Shown: one piece after another, positions 57,007 through 64,000 of the stretch
How the letters are laid out: the number at the start of each line of letters is the position of its first letter
How positions within the stretch are numbered: position 1 is the first letter of the stretch
DNA from: Trichodelitschia bisporula
Lineage: Eukaryota
Direction: 5' to 3'
NCBI GenBank assembly: GCA_010356995.1
Contig: ML996707.1
Location: forward strand, 1 to 64,000
Length of the DNA stretch: 64,000 bases
Program-made: the position numbers and the translations under genes
The notes under the pieces: generated by a model
What the model saw: the letters and a program-made list of their open reading frames with translations, nothing else
The model's database searches: none
What the model was told of the DNA's origin: nothing

Positions 57007-57741
57007 TCAAGGGGGGACGCCCTCGTCAAGGTCGGATTCCGTGATGCAGTCGGATCCGGTGTCGTCGGTCTCGACCTCACCCTGCGCATTGAGTCGGACC
57101 CAGCCTTCAGCGTTCGGTGTCGTGTGATGAGGGTCGAGAATCCAGGTCGCAGAACTCTCGCCAATGCCGTCGCTCATAGTGTCATCGCCCTCTGGAAACA
57201 GATGCTTCACGCATGCGGAGCCGCTCATCGTCGGAAGTGAGGCGAGATTCTCCTCCTGCTCGGCCAACTGGTTCTCCACGGCAACGGCATACTCGTACTC
57301 TGGCATGAGCACCTCACTGAAGTCATGCAGCTTGAACTCCTCCGCAAGACGCATGGCAGCTTCAAGGCGCTCAACCCAAGTATCGGTGGCGCAGCATTCA
57401 GGGTTTATCTCACGCCAGCAGTCCCAAGCTTCGGAATCCTCACGAATTTGCTTGTGGCGGAGAAATTGCAGCCATAAGAAGATTCCGGCGAGCGATGAGG
57501 ACTGGGTCGTAAGGCCTTTTTCAGGATGCGGACTGGCCACGAGATCGTCGAGAAGGTGGGCTGGAATATCCTGGATACCGAACGGGATCCTAACGTCTGT
57601 GGACGCGTCCTTCACCATGACGAGACCTCGCTTCATCAAGGTGCGGAAGCCATCTTGCTTCCTCAGCAGGGAACGTAGACGCACGAGGGACATACTCGGT
57701 GGCTGGATATGAGTGTTTTGTCCCTCCGTGCCACGCATCAT
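57007..57741 (-). CDS. Hypothetical protein, possibly a divergent BTB/POZ-like fold with acidic tail
   Basis: 244-aa intronless ORF with globular composition; IFLWLQFL...LEAAMRLAEEFKLHDF resembles the helical end of fungal BTB domains (weak). Confidence 0.5.
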   Translation of the reverse strand: MMRGTEGQNTHIQPPSMSLVRLRSLLRKQDGFRTLMKRGLVMVKDASTDVRIPFGIQDIPAHLLDDLVASPHPEKGLTTQSSSLAGIFLWLQFLRHKQIREDSEAWDCWREINPECCATDTWVERLEAAMRLAEEFKLHDFSEVLMPEYEYAVAVENQLAEQEENLASLPTMSGSACVKHLFPEGDDTMSDGIGESSATWILDPHHTTPNAEGWVRLNAQGEVETDDTGSDCITESDLDEGVPP

Positions 57742-58054
57742 GGCGGGTTGGCCGTTCGATTGCGGAGATTGAAGGAGTTGGAATGGTAATTTGATGACAG
57801 GAAAATTGGCTCGAGGAGGCTATCGAGGTGCGATGATGGCTATTTCCTATGGATGTTGTCGTGCATTTTGTTTGTGAGGTTTACGAGGGGGTGTTTACAA
57901 CGGCAGTCTCTTGGAGTAGAACACACCGCTCGGCGACGCTTTCCACCCCTTTCCACCAATGATGCGCAATGGAAGGAGCGCCTCGCCTTGCGATTCCAAC
58001 GGACATCACACAGAATCGACAACCGACTTATACGCCCATCACGACGCAAGACGA

Positions 58055-61000
58055 CTACGCCTCCACCGCGGGCCCGATCTCCTGCGCCCGCTCGATGAAA
58101 TCTGCGCTTGTCTTCAGATTCTGCGCACCGCTCAACGCCTTGGTCATCGTGGTCTCGCTGCGCTCGCGCACCAACCGCCGCAACGCGTTGATCAAGAACC
58201 CGGAGAAGATCTCCAGCGACCACGAGTCCGGCAGCAGACTCAGGACCTGCGCTGTCAGTGGGGCACAAGAGTAGACGACAGACTTACGTATGCAACGTCA
58301 AACCACCCCCCAAACCGCTCGAGCAGCTCACCCGTGCGCTCCATGCGGTCCCCCACATCCTCAATCCGCAGGAACTCGTGCAGCAGGAAGCCAAACAGTT
58401 TCGCCTGTTCGTCACGGGACGCTTGCTCTCGCGGCACCGCGTCCGACGCCGTCCCAAAAATGCTCGACCCGCCACGCAGGCAGTAACTGATCGCCATGTC
58501 AAAATCGCCCAGTCCGTGCGTCAACAGTCGGATCGCCTCCTCGTGCCGCCCCTGGCGACCGTTGAGGATGATCATCTCCGGCACGAGCTCCTTCTCGAAC
58601 GGCTGCAGCCGCGTGAGGATCGCAAGGACGTCGTACGACGACGCCGCGCCCTGGTTCCCACCCAGCAGCTGAAGCAGGCGCAAACGACTGTGCCACCATT
58701 CCGACGGCACGGCATTGTCAATTATGAACTGGCGATACGTCGGCTTTGGCGGCCGCAAGGCACGGTAAGTCTCGTAGGTTGCGTCCAACATGGCACGTGA
58801 CTCGACGGAGCTGGTAAGCTCGTTCAGGACGATGTCGAGGTAGTACGAAATGAGCTCATTGATGTGTTGCGGTTGCTACCATCGTTAGCGCTAGGTAGAC
58901 TGAGCAGGCCCGGACCGAAGATTGAGCTACTACCCCCACGGAGACGGAGGTCCGGTATCTTGGAGCGATTTTCGAGAACGAGGGTATAGCTCAGGACACG
59001 TACGGCATGCACAACGACATTGTCGAAACACGGCTGGCAATTAAGGACTTCAGAGCTGCTCTTCCTTGTTTTCGGCGACCAAAAGAACGTAGAACTGACC
59101 AGTACGGTAAATTTTCTCGATAACCAGCTTTGTCGGGAAAATCTTTAATGTACTGGACGGTTCTACGCTCTTATGGTCGCCGAAGACAAGGAAAAGCCGC
59201 TCGCTGTAATCCTCGATGGCGAGCTTCATCTGGGAATATCTTTGTGCACGCCGTACGTGCCCTGAATCGTCCCTTCGTTCTCGAAGATTGGCCCAAGTTA
59301 TCGGATTTCCGTCAACCAGGGGGGGGGGGAGCTCAATCTTCAGCATGAGCGGCTTGAGCAAACACACCTTTTTGCCAAATACCAAATGCTCTAGATAGTC
59401 CTTGACCGCGCCTGGTGCCCGTGCGCGCAGCGTATGCAGTGCGTCCGCTGGCGACCACGTTACGCGCGAGCCGTCGTCGGCGAAGAGCTGCACACCCAGC
59501 TTCGGATTGCGGTTCGCCAGCCATGTGCCGTACTCTTCGACCAGCCGGCGGTCGCGTAGCTTCCCGAGGTAGCGCCGCATCTCGTTCTCGCCATCGAGAA
59601 ACTCGCCGCCGAGGTCCTCCTCGCCGTCGATGATGCGCCGCCACGTCGCCAGCACCTTGCCCGACATCTTCCTGCTCTGGTAGAGCCGACTAAGTATGAA
59701 TAAACGCTTGTGCTGCTCGAGCAGCGCAATCGCCCGCTCAAAACAATCCACCCCACCGTCGACCACGCCGTTCAGCTCTGCACGGATCGACCCCGCGGTC
59801 GCCGGCCCGCGCGTCTTACTATCAAGAAGCAGCAGCACGCGCAGCAGCGCTGCGTCAACCGTGGGGAAGACGTGCGCGCCGTCGGTCACGCTTGGGTTGC
59901 CCTTTTTGCGACGCCAGAACAGCAGGTAGCGCTTTATGAGGTGCAAGATGTTGTCGCCGAACGGTCCGGATGGATCGTCCGGGAGTGCACCGATGTCGTT
60001 CTGCTGCAGGAAGCGCTCAATCAGCCCCTTCAGGCCCCCCTGCAGCCATATGCCGTCCGGCCCCTGCAGGATCTCTTCGCGGATCTTCGGCAGGAAGATG
60101 AGCGCCACGCGTGGGTCAAGCTCGCTTTCGACGAGAATGTCTTCGGTTGAGCGGATCTCGCGCTCGAAAATAATGATGCCAGAAGCGGTGCGTAAAATGA
60201 GTTCGACAAAGAGCAGCGTTGCGGCCTTTTGGCGGATGTAGCTGAGCGTGAAGAACTCCAGCTCAGTCGTCGACTTCACGCCGCGCAGGTCGTTCACGAC
60301 GGTTTCGATCAGCGGCCGCTGCGGGTCTACAGCTGCCTCGCCCTCGCCTAACGTGAGACGCGCGTCTAGCTTGAGCACCATCGGATTGCGCACAATCCAG
60401 CGTACGGTATCGCCCGTCCACAGCAGCAGATTTGTCTTGACCTTGCACAGCCGACGGATGTACTCCAGCTCGTCGCTCTCGCGCTTCGCCGCCGATGGGC
60501 TCTCGATAGGCTTGTCGAAGAGGCGCATGCTCGTAAGGGCAAGCTTCTGGCTCATCTCGGGCATTTCGAGCTCCCTCTTCATCGTGACTGACCGGATGCC
60601 CAGCGACTGGGACTCTGCCGCCGTGCCTACCTCGAGCCATTCCTTCTTAACACTCTCCTCTCCCTGGTCAACGTCCCACCGCTGGATTTCAATCGCCTTC
60701 GCATCGTCGCGGCGCACTACGGCCAGCACGTACCCGGGCTCTTGTTCTTCGCCCTCAATCTGCGATGCCGCTAAATCAATGCCAGAACCGTCGACGACCA
60801 CAGCCTCCGGGTAGCTCGAGAACTCGATCGTGCCGCGTGGAACCTCACCGTCCATGTTGACGAACATGCCGACGCCCGGGTCGGCTGGCGCAGTGCCCGT
60901 AACGAGCAGGAACTCGGACGAGTTCGGCGACACAATCAGCGGCTTCAACGGAACGTAGTTCTTTGGGAGAGGAACCGGAGTCACGCTTAGAGAGAGATTC

Positions 61001-62082
61001 GACGCCGACGCCGGCGCAGGCTGGGCCTCGCTCTCCCCGGGCGGCGGTGGCAGTGGCTTGGACAACAGCCCCAGTCGACCACCCTCGGACCCACGCCGCT
61101 CCTGCGAAGGGTACCGCGGAGTTCCTTGCTTGAGACTTGCCGGCACATCGAAACCGTAACGCGTACTCGGTTTGTCGTCGTCGCTGCGAAATACCCCTAG
61201 AGACGAGCTGCGCCCGTGACCACGCTCTACCCCGAGCCGCGAGTTCATCGCCGGCGACCCGCTCCGTGACATGTCCGACCACTCTTCGGCCAGCATGCCA
61301 GTCCCCGCATTCTCTGCAGGCTGATCGTCCATCGACGATATCGAAAACAGCGGGATCTTCTGCCGATGTACGACGTCCACAAGCGCGTACGACCGCGCGT
61401 CGGCCACACAAGCCACATTGCCGCGCCGCACCGTTGCCAGACAGCCGCCAAACTCAATGTCCCGAATCTTGACTGGTTCGTCCCCCACCTTGACGAGCCG
61501 GATCTTGTTCCGCAAACACATCATGATCATGACGCCGTCCGGATTCTCCTGCTCTCCGGCGTCTAGATCGATTCCGCCGACCCACCCACATGTTAGCGGC
61601 CGCAACCGTGTGTATGGCGCGCTGAGCTCGGTGAAGGCGGGGCTGAGCTCCGGCAGCGAGTAGAAGGTCAAGGTGTTGCTGCTAAGTATGCACGCTTTGC
61701 CGACGGCCGGCAGCAGCAAGATCTGCTGTATACCAACGTCGCCGGCCTGGTTCGTAGGAGGGTGCGAGCGCGACGCGAGGATGTATGTCGGCTGGTCAGA
61801 GGGGTTGTTCGGGTCTGGTGGAAAGTATACATGGTGGAGGATCTCGCCGGCGGACGTGCCGATGTAGAGGTTATTCTCTGTGGACGTCAGCAGGGTCCCG
61901 ATGCAAAACGTAGAATGAGCGTAGAATCCTGAAGAGCTGAACTGACCCCAGACTTCTACACAAGTGATGCGGATGCCCTCCTCGCCCTCTGCGCTCAATG
62001 CAACGTCTTTGATGAGGTCGCGGAGGATGAACGAGCCGGTCGCGAGGGACGTGGTGGTGGGTGCGTCAGGCGGCCCAGACAT
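58055..62082 (-). CDS. Vps3/Vam6/TGFBRAP1-family CORVET/HOPS subunit (CNH domain plus clathrin-like repeat)
   Basis: ITCVEVW...NLYIGTSAGEI, LTFYSLPEL, GMFVNMDGE.RGTI, GRHEEAIRLLTHGLGDF, VLSLLPDSWSL. Includes a 492-nt intron at 58876-59367; stop at 58055-58057. Confidence 0.9.
58907..59354. mobile_element. Intronic fold-back / MITE-like element (~448 bp, ~200-bp inverted arms)
   Basis: Arms pair from gaagattgagct (58917) / agctcaatcttc (59341) inward to a ~6-nt loop at 59124-59129; flanked by direct TGAGCA at 58901-58906 and 59355-59360. Confidence 0.75.
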
Positions 62083-62391
62083 TTTGTGGGATCAGATTAG
62101 AGATTAGAAAAGCAGCCATCATCCATGGCCACCGTAAATGTTGATATGGGGTGAATGAAGGCGCGAATTAAGGTGCGCCTGAATGGGGAGGGAGTGAGTT
62201 GAATGTGCTACTGTATACTGCCTGTGAAGCTCGTTCGCGGCGAGGCGCGGCTCCGGCGCTTACCCCCAAGCCTCCCCGTCGCTGAGCTCTGCTCGTGTAC
62301 CCAAGCTCCTCGAAACACCGTTGCAACATCGGCACCGCCCGTCCGGCCACTACTACCGTCTCTACTATCCTCTTCGATCAGCTGAATCACC

Positions 62392-64000
62392 ATGGACGCC
62401 GCGGCGGATCCATCACAGGATGCCCGCGAATCGCAGCCCCCGCGGGACTCACAGGACGAGGAGAACAAGTTCCAGAAGGCTATTGCGGCTTGGAGAAGTC
62501 GGTGCTGCCATCCAACACGTTTCTTCAGTGCTAACAGTGACAGACATTGACCTATCGTCCCTCATTCCTACCCTCGATACCGCTGCCGCCGACCTCGTAG
62601 CACACCAGCGCGATGCGCTTGTACAGCGCAAGGACCTCGCGCAGAAGACGAAAGACTTTCGCAAACTGGACGACGCGGGCAAGCTTGGTGAGATCAAGGG
62701 TATATTAAAAGGTACGCCGCTTCCGTGGTATGCCGCAGCTACCACATTGTCCGCACACCGTCCTTCAGTCCGCACCGTCTGCATCGTTTTCTCACTGACC
62801 CCTCCAGCCTACCAGACGTACATCGATCTCATCACGAACCAGTCCAAGTCGATCCATAGCGCCTTCCTTCAGGTCTACTCTCCCCTCTCTGAGGCTCCCG
62901 ACCCATACCCCCTCCTCGAAGCGTCAATTGATTCGCTCGTCACCGCCGAAGAGACGCTCCCCAAGGTCGTTGAGGAGAACCAGCAGCTGCACCGCTCCGT
63001 CACCAAGCTGAGCACCCAGCTCGAGGAAACCGAGGCTCGGCTTGAGCAAGAGCGCGACGCCCGTCAGACCCTCGAAGCGTCCCGCGACGAGAAGATCAAA
63101 GGCGTCGAGGCCACCTGGACCGCCGTCATCACCGAAAAGCAGAACAACTGGGAGGCCAAGGAGAAGGCGCTGGAAGAAAAGATCGAGAATCAGGATCACC
63201 TGCTCAAGGAACTCAAGGCCACGTACGAGGTCTCGCAGCGGCTTAGTAAGAGCGACGAAGATGACGCGCGATATGGCGCGACCGCCGCCGAGCTCGAGCT
63301 CGTGAACTCGGAGCTAGAGCGCGCGAACATGCGCCTCGCAGAGGTCGAGGCCCGCAACGAGCAGCTGCGGCTCGAGCTCGCGCAGTCTGCTTCAAACACG
63401 GCGACCGTTCGAGTTGACGAGGACCCCGCCTTCATGCGACTGCAGTCCGAGAACTCGTCGTTGCTCCGCAAACTCGACACGGCGCGCATTGAGAAAGCCG
63501 GCGAGATGCGCAAGTGGGAAAGTACGATGCAGAGCCTGAAGCGCGAGGTACAGACGCTCAAGGCGGACCGCGACGCCATGCGCGAGAAGCTAACGCAGTG
63601 GGGCGACTACGAGAGCGTGAAGCAGGAGCTCGAGGTCTTGAAGGTTGGTTTCTCCCATTCCTCCACTCCGCCATCGTTCCACTAACGACACAGTCCATCG
63701 AGTTTGCCACGGGCGACGACGAGCCCCTCCCCAACGGCTCGACCGAGAGTCTCGAGCAGCTCCTGCTCGCACGCAACAAGAAGCTCGGCAACGAGCTCAC
63801 CATCTTGCGTGTTTCCCACCAGGATCTGCAGAGCCGGCTCGAGACGCTCCAGGACGAACTCTCGGCCACCAACATGGAGCTTGAAAAGTCGCGCAACCTC
63901 GCGGCGACGCTCGAGTCGGACCTCGAAAAGGTGCAGCAGGAGGCGGCGCACGTCTTTCCGGCCATGTCCGTCGCCGGTACACACGTCTCACGGTACCCCC
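62392..64000 (+). CDS. COY1: CASP/Coy1 Golgi coiled-coil protein (runs off the window end)
   Basis: ENKFQKAIAAWR.IDL...QRKDLAQKTKDFRKL...YQTYIDL...LSEAPDPYPLLEA...DYESVKQELEVLKSIEF...SLEQLLLARNKKL. Confidence 0.92.

Noticed and set aside
58907..59354. Fold-back as an endogenised viroid-like RNA with a hammerhead ribozyme
   Set aside because: One CUGAAGA is present but no stem II followed by GAAA. The mismatch pattern and flanking duplication fit a DNA inverted repeat better.
59050..59367. C-terminal ~100 aa of the 1010-aa ORF as a real protein end
   Set aside because: It is read-through into an intron; family homology resumes after the acceptor at 58876

Overview
GC-rich, gene-dense filamentous ascomycete (Pezizomycotina, probably Dothideomycetes) nuclear DNA whose spliceosomal introns are mostly very short (about 40-48 nt). 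The first ~6 kb is a decayed accessory block: the tail of a HET-E-like NACHT/WD40 NLR, a frameshifted Val/Gln/Pro-repeat remnant, and a RIP-like-mutated O-GlcNAc transferase (GT41) fragment joined tail-to-tail to a SesB-like lipase fragment. The rest is mostly core genes: 2OG-Fe(II) oxygenase, ARL2, a DUF4045/gelsolin protein, a ClrB/CLR-2-type Zn2Cys6 regulator with an exact CLR-1-type motif upstream, Xaa-Pro peptidase, a thaumatin-like protein, GH55, a histidine phosphatase, RPL17/NOP1, HSP104, an Spd1-type RNR inhibitor, importin beta, PP2C, calcineurin B, DUF1770, a sulfotransferase-like protein, a Vps3/TGFBRAP1-like protein and COY1. Three small secreted orphans lie among them. The most striking unexplained signal is non-coding: the three longest introns each contain a fold-back. 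These are a ~430-bp near-palindromic element with a candidate target-site duplication in the Vps3-like gene, a ~90-nt hairpin burying an alternative branch point in the last importin-beta intron, and a ~60-80-nt hairpin in the sulfotransferase-like gene. Another degenerate fold-back lies between convergent genes at ~36.4 kb. Family assignments come from recognised motifs only; no database searches or folding programs were run.
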